Assembly: GCA_009602725.1 (NCBI GenBank)
Contig: WELB01000005.1
Span: 333,033-397,032 of the forward strand
Reading direction: 5' to 3'
DNA from: Spirogloea muscicola
Lineage: Eukaryota
DNA length: 64,000 nt
Part shown: positions 34,462 through 46,700 of the stretch, in pieces
How the letters are laid out: every line of letters begins with the position of its first letter
Numbering within the stretch: the stretch's first letter is position 1
Program-made: the position numbers and the translations under genes
Notes under the pieces: model-generated
The model's input: the letters and a program-made list of their open reading frames with translations, nothing else
Told to the model about the DNA's origin: nothing
Database searches by the model: none

Positions 34462-36575
34462 CGCGCCGCCGCCGGCGCCTGCCTGCTGCCCGCCGGCGCC
34501 AGCGGCGGCCCCTGGCCCGTCTACGGGCTCGCCGGCCACCCCGGTGAGGCCCGGAACGACGACCACGGACCCATGATATTCTAACGGGAGAATTGGGACT
34601 TCGAGACGGCGCGTGGGGTCCACAAATCATGGTTGAGCTTGTACAAGTTCAGGGCTTAGGGCTCTTCGCGTTGCCCGCCCAGCTGCCACGCCAGCCGCCG
34701 CTGCTGGCGCTGTTGCAGCCGCCAGGGCTCGCGCTCCGAGGCGCAGAATTGGCATTTCCTCTCAGGAACAGCTTCAGGACCTTATAGCATGGACTGTTGG
34801 GGGTAATTTTGGACTTACTGTGTGTGATTAATCGTGAACCTGTAATATTTATCTGTACTATGGTAGCCGGAGCTTGCCGCTGGCGCTCTCAGGCTACTCT
34901 GTGAGCGCCAGACTCACGCTGCCTCGTGTGCCACCGTCACTGCAGGCTTCTACTTCATCCCGCGTGCGCTCGGCCCAGCCGAGCAGCTGAAGTGGATTCA
35001 AGCCAGCCTCTCGACACTGCTCGAGCCACCGAACCGGACCAACCACAGCGCACTGCATGGCGAGCTTCCGGGCCTCTGGGAGGCCGCTCAGCAGGGCCTC
35101 TTTCTCAACGAGGACTTGGGCAAGAACAAAGGCGCGGAGGCTCGCCACTGCAGTGCTTGCTCGAGTCACCCAGAGGACGCAGAGGTAGAGCTGCGCAAGG
35201 CTGGTGTCTGCGGCAGTGGCCCCGCTGCGGAAAGTGATGTGTGCCGCCCCTTGCACATGGGCGAGTGCGGGGACGAGGACCGCTGCGGTGGCCCATGCGC
35301 ACCCGTGGCTGCCGACCCTGCCGACCTTGCCGGCAGCCGACACGACCGACGGCGGCGTGCCAACCAGTGCTGGCTGACAGACTGCGGGCAGCAGCACGCC
35401 GTCTCTGGTGCCTCGTTGCTCCGGCGGCTGCGATGGGCCACGATCGGCATCCAGTTCGACTGGTCCAATGTGAAGCCCCCTCTCTTTGTGAAGCCCTTCT
35501 GTTTGACACATCACATATTGAGTCTTGAGTATATAGCCTTATCACTTCATCTCAATATGCAGCTCAGGTAGAAGAAATCAATTTGCTGCTATGAGTGGCA
35601 GATATCCTCGTTGTGTATGCGCGGCCACCATGTGACTCTAAGTCAATGCTTCTGACAGAGGCAGTATGACCACACTATGCCACACCGGCCCATCCGCAAG
35701 GATCTTGTGGCGCTGGCGGCAAGGCTTGCGTGTCCTGCCCTGCCTCCTGGGTCTACCTTCAGGGCGGAGGCAGCTATCATCAACTTTTACAGCGAAGGTT
35801 GGCGAGCACTGCAGCTACTGCTGCCACAGCTACGGGATGCAAGCAGCTCCTTGGAGCTGCATGGTTGACTGCTCAGGAGCTGGCTCCAACCACAGGCCAG
35901 CTCACTATCAGTGTCAGACCTGATGAGCACAGCCCCGTTTTTGCCCGTTGCTGCTGCTTCACCGGCCAGGGGACATGCTCGGTGGCCACCTCGACGACAT
36001 GGAGGTCGACCTCTCTCTGCCGATTGTCAGCATCAGGTCATTGCCAGCCTAGCACTCCACATCTACACTTTCGTGGTGCCTGGAGGTATGCTTATTGCTT
36101 AGCCAATGCATTGCGGCACGTTTTGGAGCGGCTTACTGCAGCCACAAAGTAGTAGGACTTGAGGTATGACACCTAGTTTGTTGCTCCGTGCAGCTTGGGC
36201 TGCACAGCCGTCTTCCTTCTCGGTGGACCGTCCCGAGAGGATAACCCCTTGGCAATGCTGCTGCGCTCGGGTGACGTGGTGCTGATGGCTGGCCCTGCTC
36301 GCTTGTGCTACCACGGTGAGGCGCCCTGCTTTCTTAGGTGGTCCATGGCGCATGTTATGCAGCCTCGCTTGCTGGCCACCAATGGACGCCCAACCCTGAT
36401 CGCGTCAGGGATGCTTGCAGGGTTGCCGCGCATCTTCAGTGGTGGTGGCAGCGGCAAGGAGGCCCTTCTGCCAGCGCTCCTTGAGGAGTTACAGAAACCT
36501 GGAATGTGGCCAGTGGCGGACTATATTCACTCGGCACGAATAAACATCAATATCCGGCAGGTCAATCCGGGTTAG
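34462..36575 (+). CDS. ALKBH1: ALKBH1-type 2-oxoglutarate/Fe(II) dioxygenase (5' end missing at N 34461)
   Basis: PVYGLAGHP|GFYFIPRALG..EQLKWI..PPNRTNH, LRRLRWATIGIQFDWS, AEAAIINFY, LGGHLDDME (HxD), LLRSGDVVLMAGPARLCYHG and RININIRQV. Confidence 0.92.
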
Positions 36576-37574
36576 GTCTTGCAGAGCCTAGGTGAGGCGC
36601 CCATTTCTGCTCGCCTCTCTCAGTGAGAGCCGTGGAGAACAGACGTCTGCTACCCACGCCAGTTGTGTTGGGTATTTGCTGAAGTCTAATCAACGTATTG
36701 CTATTTCGGTGTGATAAGCCAAGCAATGCCATCCTTGATGGCTGTCAGCCGGGACAAGGGAGCTGAGAAGCGCCATCCCTCCTCATACCTGATTAAGCTT
36801 GAGGCTTGACAACGATGCCCAGGACTTGTGCCTAGCAAACATAAGCATGCAGTGCACAAACAAGCTTATAAGCTCCACACACCTGACATGTTTTCAATTG
36901 AAACAAACAACCACCAGACAAGAAGCATGCATTGGCATCAAGTTACACAATCACTACAGCTGTCTCCTGCTATGTTGACATATGGTAACGTACTGGACCA
37001 TGTGAGACAACATTTTCAAGTTGAATGAGTGATGCTTCAGCTACAACTTCTCACGCTCACAACCCTTGTTTTCAAAAAGCTCTGGTATTATACTCATCGC
37101 CTCACAAACTTATTCATGAAGCGGTGCTGAGCCCTTGTGAAGCAGATCAACCGCCTCATGTCAAGAATCACAAAGCTAGCTAGAACTGCGGTAATTGCTA
37201 GAAGAGAAGCTCGAGAGGGGAAACAGGTTCAGGCTACATCGGTTGTCAAGGTCGAGACCCTAATGTCTTGGGACTCTGCATGTGCTGCATGGAACCTTCG
37301 CACAAAGTGCAAGTCAGAGTTGCTGGTGGGTGCCTGATGCCGAGGATGACCATGAGCGTCAGCATTCTTCCATTCCAGATCACTGAATGAGTATTGCGCA
37401 ACGTCTATTGAGTAAGAAATAGCAAATAACAACGAAGGGATGGTTTGTGCCAAGATATAGCACAGGTCTGTATTTTCCTTGGTTTTGGATGGAAATTTAT
37501 ATACATAGGTGAAATCCGACTGCTAAAAGGTGTAGCGGCATGAGGGAGTGACGTTGAGCGCGACATCGAGGAGC

Positions 37575-38320
37575 AAGAGAGAAGGCGCGCGTGAAATGAA
37601 AGGGTGGCCAATTGAGCCAATACAGTGCCCAGGTAGAAGCGAGTGCAAGGCGGGCAGGGCTGGCAGCCCAGTGTTGCTGGGATCTTTTCCGCCCTCTTCT
37701 TCTTTTGGTTCGCACATGCTGGCTAGACGTCATTGAGCGCCCACTTGCTGTATTCTTGGAGAATGGTATCCTGCCACTTGTGCCGACTGGCTCTTTCAGA
37801 CCTTGTACATTCCTTTCCTCAGACTGGAATCAGGGAGCTGATCCAGCTGCGGCGACGCGCGCGTCGCCGCGCCAGCATGGCGCATGTGGGCGGCGCGCAT
37901 GGCGACCGCGGCGCCGGTCGTCCCGCCGGGGGGTTCTGCATGCATGGCGGCCGGGGCGCTGATCAAGGTCGATCGGGCGATGGGGACGGGGGAATTAGGC
38001 CAGTGGGAAGAGAGGAAAAGGAGAGGAAAAGCACGCGAAATACAAAGCTGTTACAAATTGAGGCGATGGCTGTGAGAGGCCAGCCCAAAGGAATGGACAA
38101 GGGTCTGAATTGGCCGGAAGGCGCAATGAACAGGAACCACTCTCGTGACTTCGGCCCTTCCAGACTTTGTTTCAGTCCCTTCGGCCCTTTGGACCTTGTC
38201 CATTCATCCTGGGCTCGCTTTTCCACAAGCCCGGCCCCTTCGGAAGAAACGTTTTTGTGAAGATGAGCTCACTTCTTTGGGCTGGCCTCTCGCCGCCACT
38301 GCCTTCCACTGGAAGAGCTG
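37575..38320. repeat. Dispersed repeat fragments of the same retroelement-associated family, both orientations
   Basis: 37580-37626 is a reverse-complement homolog of 62931-62985. Motif copies at 37797-37820 (+), 38060-38110 (-), 38190-38230 (+) and 38272-38318 (+). Confidence 0.75.
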
Positions 38321-39614
38321 CGAATGGACGCTCAAAGGAAGTGGGGTGTTCCGAGTGGGAAGGGTAGGGAGGAGGCGGCGAAGGTGCGGGCGAGGAGGGA
38401 GGGGCCGGGAGGTGGGTGGGAGGNNNNNNNNNNNNNNNNNNNNNNNNNNNNNNNNNNNNNNNNNNNNNNNNNNNNNNNNNNNNNNNNNNNNNNNNNNNNN
38501 NNNNNNNNNNNNNNNNNNNNNNNNNNNNNNNNNNNNNNNNNNNNNNNNNNNNNNNNNNNNNNNNNNNNNNNNNNNNNNNNNNNNNNNNNNNNNNNNNNNN
38601 NNNNNNNNNNNNNNNNNNNNNNNNNNNNNNNNNNNNNNNNNNNNNNNNNNNNNNNNNNNNNNNNNNNNNNNNNNNNNNNNNNNNNNNNNNNNNNNNNNNN
38701 NNNNNNNNNNNNNNNNNNNNNNNNNNNNNNNNNNNNNNNNNNNNNNNNNNNNNNNNNNNNNNNNNNNNNNNNNNNNNNNNNNNNNNNNNNNNNNNNNNNN
38801 NNNNNNNNNNNNNNNNNNNNNNNNNNNNNNNNNNNNNNNNNNNNNNNNNNNNNNNNNNNNNNNNNNNNNNNNNNNNNNNNNNNNNNNNNNNNNNNNNNNN
38901 NNNNNNNNNNNNNNNNNNNNNNNNNNNNNNNNNNNNNNNNNNNNNNNNNNNNNNNNNNNNNNNNNNNNNNNNNNNNNNNNNNNNNNNNNNNNNNNNNNNN
39001 NNNNNNNNNNNNNNNNNNNNNNNNNNNNNNNNNNNNNNNNNNNNNNNNNNNNNNNNNNNNNNNNNNNNNNNNNNNNNNNNNNNNNNNNNNNNNNNNNNNN
39101 NNNNNNNNNNNNNNNNNNNNNNNNNNNNNNNNNNNNNNNNNNNNNNNNNNNNNNNNNNNNNNNNNNNNNNNNNNNNNNNNNNNNNNNNNNNNNNNNNNNN
39201 NNNNNNNNNNNNNNNNNNNNNNNNNNNNNNNNNNNNNNNNNNNNNNNNNNNNNNNNNNNNNNNNNNNNNNNNNNNNNNNNNNNNNNNNNNNNNNNNNNNN
39301 NNNNNNNNNNNNNNNNNNNNNNNNNNNNNNNNNNNNNNNNNNNNNGGGGGGGGGGGGGGGGGGGCAACGCTCACCGCCGCTGCCGCAGTCTGCAGTTGTG
39401 CCCTCCGCCTTGTCGAGGCAAAGATCGCCTTTGGAAGCCGCCGCTGAGGCCTGCGCAGCGCCGTAGTGTGCCATCGAGGCCAGCGGAGCTGTGGATCGGA
39501 GTTCGCAGCCGTCCTAGACAACACCCTGCAGCAGGCTACTGCACATAATTGACCCCACATAAGCGTCACAGTGTGCAAGGCAAGCGGAATATGGCCATGT
39601 GCTTGGACTTCGAC

Positions 39615-40225
39615 ATGGGGCGTGCGAGGAAGCACGGCGGCGCCACGCTCCTGATGTTCGTTGCGGTGGCGGCATTGATACTCGCAGCACCGACCAGTAT
39701 GGTTCTTTACCTGTACAAGCAGCGCCTCTTCTTGGTGATCATCCTGCTGCTAACGTACATGAAGGCCTTTTGCTTGGGAGCAAGCAGCGCTGACAGCTTG
39801 CTGGATGAACAGGTCAAGCGCTTGCCGCAGCTGGACCAACTGAGGCACACCCACCAGCTCCCGTGCCAGCCCCGGCTCCGGCACCAGCGCCTGGTCCACA
39901 CCATATGCCGACATCGCACGACTATGAGTATGGCGGCGGGGGCTATGGCGGGGGCGATGGGGGAGGCTACAACAATGATGACGAGGAACGTGACCGAGAA
40001 GACAGGGACAGGCGCGACAGGGATGGCGGTCGTCATCATCACGACTACGGTGGTTGGCGTGAGGCCTCAGCTGGCGTGCCATCGCCAGCTCCAGCTCCAA
40101 CTCCAGCTCCAGCTCCAGCTCCAGCTCCAGCTCCAGCGCCAAATAGTAATGCGACGGACTATGATCATAATCACAAGGGCGGCAAACATCACGATGGCCA
40201 CTGGCGCAAGCTGCTCCAAGTCTAA
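39615..40225 (+). CDS. Small secreted Pro/Ala-repeat (AGP-like) protein with Gly/His/Asp/Arg-rich core (exons 39615-39696, 39813-40225)
   Basis: Hydrophobic N-terminus LLMFVAVAALILAAPT. A phase-1 GT-AG intron joins it in frame to SQALAAAGPTEAHPPAPVPAPAPAPAPG...(AP)n..NATDYDH..HWRKLLQV*. Confidence 0.7.
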
Positions 40226-41596
40226 GAGACCTCGGCGATCGGTCTGCAAGCTTCTTTGCCGCTTGCATGCTGGCTAGCTTCAGACGACTCTCTTACATCG
40301 ATGGCTGTAATCTCTTGGCTGTGTCCTCAAGCGCCTTGAACCTGTGCAATTCAGCTCTATGGCTGCAATATGGGAAAGATTGCTCATGAAGGATGGGGCT
40401 CGTCTCATGACTGCATCTTCATGCAGGGTCCCAGGTGATCCCGACAGTAAAAAGACCGTGTACACTGCCAATGATTGCTTGTGCAACTGCCTCGGCAGAC
40501 CCGGCTACTTAAGAGAGGGCTTGGACAACATTCCTGCTGGCTGCTTTGAGAGTTGGCATTGATGTCGCAGACTGTGAGCGCAAGGAAATTCAAGCAAGTA
40601 CTTTCTGCCCGAGACACTTGCAGGCTTGCGAGTGGCTATAAATAGATATTGACACTAGACGACGGAAGCGGCCGCACGTATAGCTACGGGCCATGTATGC
40701 GGGCTTCCATGTAAAGTTGCCCACAATCAACTGAATCTGTGATGGCTTCAGATTCTAAATTTTCGTTCCGGAGCTATTCTAGATCACGCACATGAACATT
40801 CTTGTATTGCACGTTCACGAGCACCTCTCCATATTCTCGGTGGTCACACAAGCATATTGTACTCGTGAATTGGCCTCAGCATGTCCTTAAGCAGCCACTG
40901 TGCTACCGACGAGCAGTTCTGCACTTGGGGAGTGAGTGCACGTATTTGAGCTGCGCCAAGATGGGGTCTGTCGCCTGTACTAGGAAAGCTTTGCTTTACT
41001 CATAAGCGAGGCCAATGGCTTCTGTGGCAATTCTCAGGCTGGTCGGAGTCGTGAATTGCTCACTTGAGGATATGCTAGCTGTAACATTCCCTCCGTTTGG
41101 AAGTACCAACGGTACCGGTACCTTCACTCCAATGTATGAGTAGCTAAGTACGGTCCGAGGCCCCGGGCACCGTACGGCGTCAGCGTGGGCCACCTCCCTG
41201 AAGCGGCTTCGTGCTGCTCACCAGAGGCGCCCCAGTCTCTCTGACCTGAGGCTGCTTAGCAGGGGTTACTGAGTGCTTCGTAGCTGCTTCGTTTCTTTTC
41301 TGTGCTTGTTGTTCTTCGTACTTCCCCTGGCCCTTTCTCGTCCTTTGTTCATTTTTTTCTGGGCTGGCTTTTTCCAGCCCCTATCCTCAATGGGCGAGCC
41401 CTTCTCCCCTGTGTGCCGCGCACCAGGCTCCGGCACAAGAGTGGCGCTTGGGGCAGCGCACCGGTCCCCTGGATACGGAACCCCATTCGTCACGCCCGCC
41501 CCTCCAGGGGTGGACCTTGGGGCTACACTCGTCACAGCCTCGCGGGAGGGGTGGCAGGTGAAGCGTATTAGAGTAGGCCGAGGCTAGCCTCATCAG

Positions 41597-42142
41597 TCGG
41601 ACCAGTGACGCCCAGTGAGGCACACAGCCCTGCTGCTCCCTGCTGCCGCAGCCCTCGCCGCAGCCCGTCTTCGCTCCATGCTGCACAAGCCATCGGCGCA
41701 GCCCTTTGCTGCGGTCCACCGCCGGCTCTCTGTAAAGCTTGCGGCTGCGCCCCATGGGGGAAGTGCTGCTGACTCGTGACCCTCAGTAGAGTCACTGCTG
41801 GTGGTGCCTCGGGGTAAGACTTCCGCAGTGCTGTGCGCTGACGCTTCATTTTGTGGTAAGGTCTGTACACACAGTCAAGGGTCCTGCTTGGGGTTGGTCA
41901 TAGGAGCTGTTTGGGGCACACCCTCCTACACAGTGAAGTGCCAGCGCACACAGCGCAGCGGAAGTCTTACCCTGAGGCACGGCCAGCAGGCCGCAACCGA
42001 CTGAGGATCAGCAACTGTCCGCATGGCAGGGCCACGGTACTTGCAAAGAGCCAGCAGTGGACCGCAGCGACGGGCTGCGGCAACGGGCTGCAGAGCAGGC
42101 AGCAGCAATGGTGTGCCTCTCACTCTGGGCCTCACTGATCCG
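41597..42142. repeat. Imperfect inverted repeat (arms about 41597-41842 and 41941-42142)
   Basis: tgcctcggggtaagacttccgcagtgctgtgcgctg matches cagcgcacacagcgcagcggaagtcttaccctgaggca in reverse complement. cggaccagtgacgcccagtgaggcacac matches gtgtgcctctcactctgggcctcactgatccg in reverse complement. Confidence 0.85.
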
Positions 42143-42159
42143 AACTCAAGCAAGACGCT

Positions 42160-42830
42160 CTTACTCTGACGGCCACGGCAGCTGCACACCCGGGCACCCT
42201 CGTGCCCACATACGCCCGACGACACCACGCTGGTGGGTCAGCCCGAGGAAGTCGTTGCCGCCTTCGCCACCCTTCAGCAGCAGCTGGGCGGCACTGGCCT
42301 GAGGTCGGCCTGGCGGCCCGTGGCAACGAGCGTAAGTATGCCGATCACCCTGCTGGTAATGCTTTCGCGGCGATTGCGGTCGACGTCCACGGGCCTTTCG
42401 GCAGTCGCTGGCTGGACCACCTGCAGCGGCTGTCCCGGCAGGCCGTCGATCGGCGGCCAGGTCAGCAAGTGGAGCTGCCCGGCTCTAACGCTGCCGGCTC
42501 GCTTGCCCAGGTCTTCCGCATGCGGCTGTCAGTCTCCTTCCAGCGCTCCCTGGCTCACGCAGTCCACTTGCGAGCAGGCCGCGTTATGGCTCCTGCTTCT
42601 GGGGCTAGTAGCGGTGCCTCTTTTCCAGCTGCAAGTCACTCCGACTTGCTGCCGCTCACTCGTGGTCACTAAGCTTCCATCTGCGGCAGTCTCGTGCATT
42701 AGCTGTGTGCTTAGGCGCCTTCTCGGCTCTTTGGACCTTGTCCATTCCTTCTGGGCTGTCCTTTCCCACTCCTGGAAGCGTCGTATCCCCTGACACACCT
42801 GAGCGAGAGAGCCTGCTGCGTTGAAGCTGC
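42160..42830 (+). mobile_element. Internally deleted CRE-like non-LTR retrotransposon remnant (RT motif plus C-terminal RLE region plus 3' UTR)
   Basis: Frameshifted RT catalytic motif AAHPGTLVPTYA/DDTTLVGQPEEVVAAFATLQQQLGGTGLR (42211-42223). It is fused to ERKYADHP..F.AIAVDVHGPFG..WLDHLQRL...FRMRLSVSFQRSLA, with a stop at 42672, followed by the shared 3' motif. Confidence 0.75.
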
Positions 42831-43706
42831 GTCGAAAGAGAGCCCCTGATGGAAATTCCTTAAGCATCGCGTCCGCGTCCCGCCAGCCGGCCGGCCGAAG
42901 GTTCCGGCTATTTCCTTCCAGCAGAACGTGGGCCAATGAGGTCGTACCTGAAGAGCTCTGCGCCAATGAGAGGGCGCGCCCACCGCACGCGCGCAACCCC
43001 TCCCTCCTCCCTCCTCCCTCCTCCACATTCGATTCCGCTATGTGGCCGAAAGAATGTCCAGAATGGCCAATCTGGGCAAGACCCACGGCAAAGCTGCAGA
43101 TATTGATATCTGCAGATGTGCTTCCGTTGCCTGTTAGTACTGGTGGCCACTTAACACAGGTCTGCCTTCATTGCCCCCCCCCCGTCGCCGCGCCTGTCGC
43201 GCCACCCCGCCCGCCGCCCCCGGCGCCGCCGCTTGCAGCAAGTCCGCCGTGCCGAGACGGCGCCGAGGTCCCTTCTCCCGTTGGTCGTGGCCTCTGAAAA
43301 CGCCGTCAGCCGCCGGCGGCCAGCGAGCCTGCCGCCAGTCGAGGCTTGGAGGCCTGCGCTGCGACATCCAGTGCTGCACCGGGGCTCCGCAATCCAGAGA
43401 CAGTGAGAAGGACCCGGGTTGCCGCGTGGCCGGTTTCTCCCTGGAGTGGCCAGCCAAGATCGCGCGCTCTTTGGCGGGCTGTAAGCAGTCGCTGGACTCA
43501 GAGGCGACATAGTGCAAGCGGCTGTTGAGTGGCAGCGCCGTTGCCGCCACCAGCAGTCAGGGGCCTAGCTCTGTAGGCCTCCCTTGGATAAAGCGGAAGC
43601 ACTCGTGAGCAAGCAAGACGAAGTCACTTCACTGGTGCGTTAAGCAGAAGACGGCCGACGGTTGCTAGTTATATGTGAAGAGCCTGAGAGACAATTTGCT
43701 GGCAAG

Positions 43707-46700
43707 ATGGAGCTACGGAGGCTGAAACCTTTCCGCCTCCTCGCTGGAGTCGTTGTCCTACTCTGCATATCCGCGTTGGCCGAAGCCAAGGACCTGTATA
43801 AGGTACCCTCACAGGAGACTTGGGGTGCCGTTGCAGATTGAGTCTGTCACTGACTTGTTTGGCGTCATATTGACTGCAATGTATATGCGGCTCTGCTTGC
43901 AGTCCTGCAGATCAATTCTCCTTTTTCGCTTACAGATATTTGCAATCCGCTTGCTTGACTACAAAATGCGGCAGGTGCTTGGAGTAGAAAAGGATGCCAG
44001 CGACCGAGACATCAAGAAAGCATACCACAAGTGAGCACAGCAAATGTTGCGATTGATACCAGTCTGACTGCAGCACTGACAGCACAAGGAGCCAAATTTT
44101 TTGCAGCTATTGTCTATGTACTGGCATCAGTCTCTGAGCTCATACCCTAGTGTGCTCGCCTCCACTTTGAGGATGGTTGCTCGTGTTTACATTGGGTGGC
44201 CAGCCACGTTCTGTCGCTGATATCTGCTTCCAATCCAGGCAATCGCTCAAGTATCACCCAGACAAGAATCCATCAAAGGCAGCGCAAGCTAAATTCATGG
44301 AGATCAGCAACGGTGAGGAAAGCCAGGCTTCCTTTCTTTTGCTCATATTACAGTAGCAATTGTGACGGAACGGTTGCTAATCAGATCTCCTCATGCAGCC
44401 CTGCATTGCCAATATTTACCTGGTTGATTACTGCAGAGTGCATAGCGAGCAGCGCTGACGAGAGGATAGACTTGTCGGACGAATCACAAGCTTTTGGCTA
44501 AACTTTAAAGAGGTTCGTTGAAGGCACGGCTAAACTTTGGAAGCACCCCCTGCTGACTTTGAAGGAAGGCTGACAATGAGCCCTGACCAAGAGCTGTGTG
44601 CAGCGTATGAGGTCCTGTCTGATGAGGATAAGCGGAAGCAGTATGACATGTTTGGCGAGGCTGGTCTACAGGGTGGACCAAGGACCGCAGGTTCGCTTGA
44701 CTCCACCCCTCCTCACCACACAAGTGCGACGGGGTGCTAAGGACCTGCATGCACACAAAGTAGTGCAGCTTCAGCTTGGGACGACATGTTGGATGCTCTG
44801 CATCACAAGCTGCAAGTCAAAAGCTATCCGCTTGCTTTGATGGCACAGGCTCTGACGGGCCAGGCAGGCAGCACCAACATCAGTACCATGAGCAGTCTGG
44901 CCATGGCTTCGGTGGCGGCTTCCCTGGCGGCAGCGCCTCCTTCAGCGCTGGCGACTTTGGCGGCTTCAGCAGCTTCTTTGGCGGTGGCGGTGGTGGCGGT
45001 GGCAAAGGCAGCAAGCGGTCGTTCCAGTTCGACTTTGGGAGTGGCGGCGGCATGGGGGGCCTGTTTGGCGACCTGTTTGGGCAGGCGGCCAGGGCCGGCC
45101 AGAGCAAGCAGCAGCGGCAGCACGCCCACAGCGGCCATCAGCATGACCACCAGGCGAGAGGAGGGTATGGCTTTCAGGACGCGCTCAAGTCGGTTTCTGG
45201 CGCCGAGCAGCTCAACAGAGGCAGCTTTGGTGCCAAGGTGCTCAGCGATGAGCACTTAGTGTGGCTGGTGCTCTTTCACGCGGGCGGGCTGCCCGAGGCT
45301 ACTGCTCTCAAGGTGGCATTGGAGGGCCTCGTCAGGAAGCTCAAGGCTATGGTCAAGGTACTGAAGTCACTGGAATGATCGTTTATTGCCTACTCGAGAA
45401 TGTTGAGATGCACTTGTTGACTACCAGCTTGCATGCAGGCAATTTCAGGCTTAGAATGAAGGGAGAAGCCAATGTCGCGAGAGTTGATGAGCACATGCAA
45501 AGAGCTCATGAGTTGCCCAAAGAGCTCATGAGTTACTTTGCAGTAGCAATTGTGCATGATGTCGAGACGTTGCTGGAGAAGAATTCTGCGGTGTTGTTGA
45601 TAAGTACAAGGCCAAAGCCCGAGTGGGCAGCTGCATGCCCTTTTACTTTAGCTGCAAGTGATTGTAAGATCTGCTAACACTTGCTGCATCATCTCAACAG
45701 GTTGGAGTTGTGGATTGTGGAGAGGATCGGGCCCTCTGTGCACAGTACAATACCTACGGCAGTGACTTCGTGTTCCTGCTATTCCCGTATGGCGCCGGCA
45801 ACGGGGAACCTCTGACCTACGTGGGCGCCGTGGATGCCGGTGAGTGGCAGGATCTGCAAGCCATTAGAAAGTGCAAGAGATCTGATTTCAAGGTTGTGTT
45901 AGTGTCTTCATCTCGACTTGATGGGGGATCTGTGCAGCAGATCTGTGACAGCCCTGTGACACAAGTCCATCACATACTCAATACATAATGTTTCCCGATG
46001 ACTGTTTCTGTACTCATTTGAGCATGTTCATCTGCCGATTGCTAACTGCCCCCTACTGATTAGAGGCTGCTGTGGCCATCTCTGCTCGCAGACGCAATGA
46101 AGGAGTACTGCTTTACGCAATTGCCCAACTTCTCTAAGCACAGAGACGTTGTTGGCATGGACCGCATACTGGCCCGGCCCCCATCCACGGTTGCGCTGGC
46201 CGTCCTTTTCACGGACAAGCCTGAGACACCAGCACTTTGGCGGCACCTCAGTGGGTCCCTGCGTGATCAGTTGCAGTTCTTTGATGTTGAGGTATAGTGT
46301 ACATGGCAACTGGGCATCCTTTCCTTATAAGAGCTTATCCATGAATGCTTCTGAGGCAATAAGCTTAATCTTCTGTATGCATGAACTGATGATTGAAAAG
46401 GTCAGCACACTGCAAGGTTACTTTATTGCACGGAAGCTTGTATTCGACTGATCCAGGCCAAGGGGTTGAAGCTGAAAGCTAGCACTTGCTGAGACAGGTG
46501 GGCGACGTAGTGGCTGCGAGGTCTGTCGCTACAACACATGGCGTGCAATCTGTCCCCGCCGTCATGGGGTTTCTGCCAGATGGGCGCCGTGTTCCGTTCT
46601 CTGGCGACCTGAAGCTGACGGCCCTGCGAGAGTGGCTGGAGCAGCTTGCTGAACAGGGAAAAGGCTGCGCTGCCAGCGCTGGTGCCAGCCAGCAAGAGGC

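Noticed and set aside
29581..36575. CTR9-ALKBH1 fusion gene
   Set aside because: The junction is exactly a single-N gap and both genes are incomplete at it.
37229..37950. Possible minus-strand gene
   Set aside because: Partly made of dispersed repeat pieces; no consistent exon chain or recognisable domain.
39549..40277. 242-aa ORF with (QL)n as the real protein
   Set aside because: It reads through a canonical intron; the spliced alternative frame gives a coherent signal peptide plus AP-repeat protein.
40344..40562. Cys-containing ORF as a mature peptide downstream of RKLL
   Set aside because: I found no phase-compatible acceptor linking it to the upstream gene and recognise no homology.
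40996..41193. Minus-strand ORF (VLSYSYIGVKVPVP...) as a gene fragment
   Set aside because: No recognisable family, start or partner exons.
42840..43550. GC-rich minus-strand ORFs divergent from the DnaJ gene
   Set aside because: Low-complexity translations in all frames with no motif; I cannot support a CDS.
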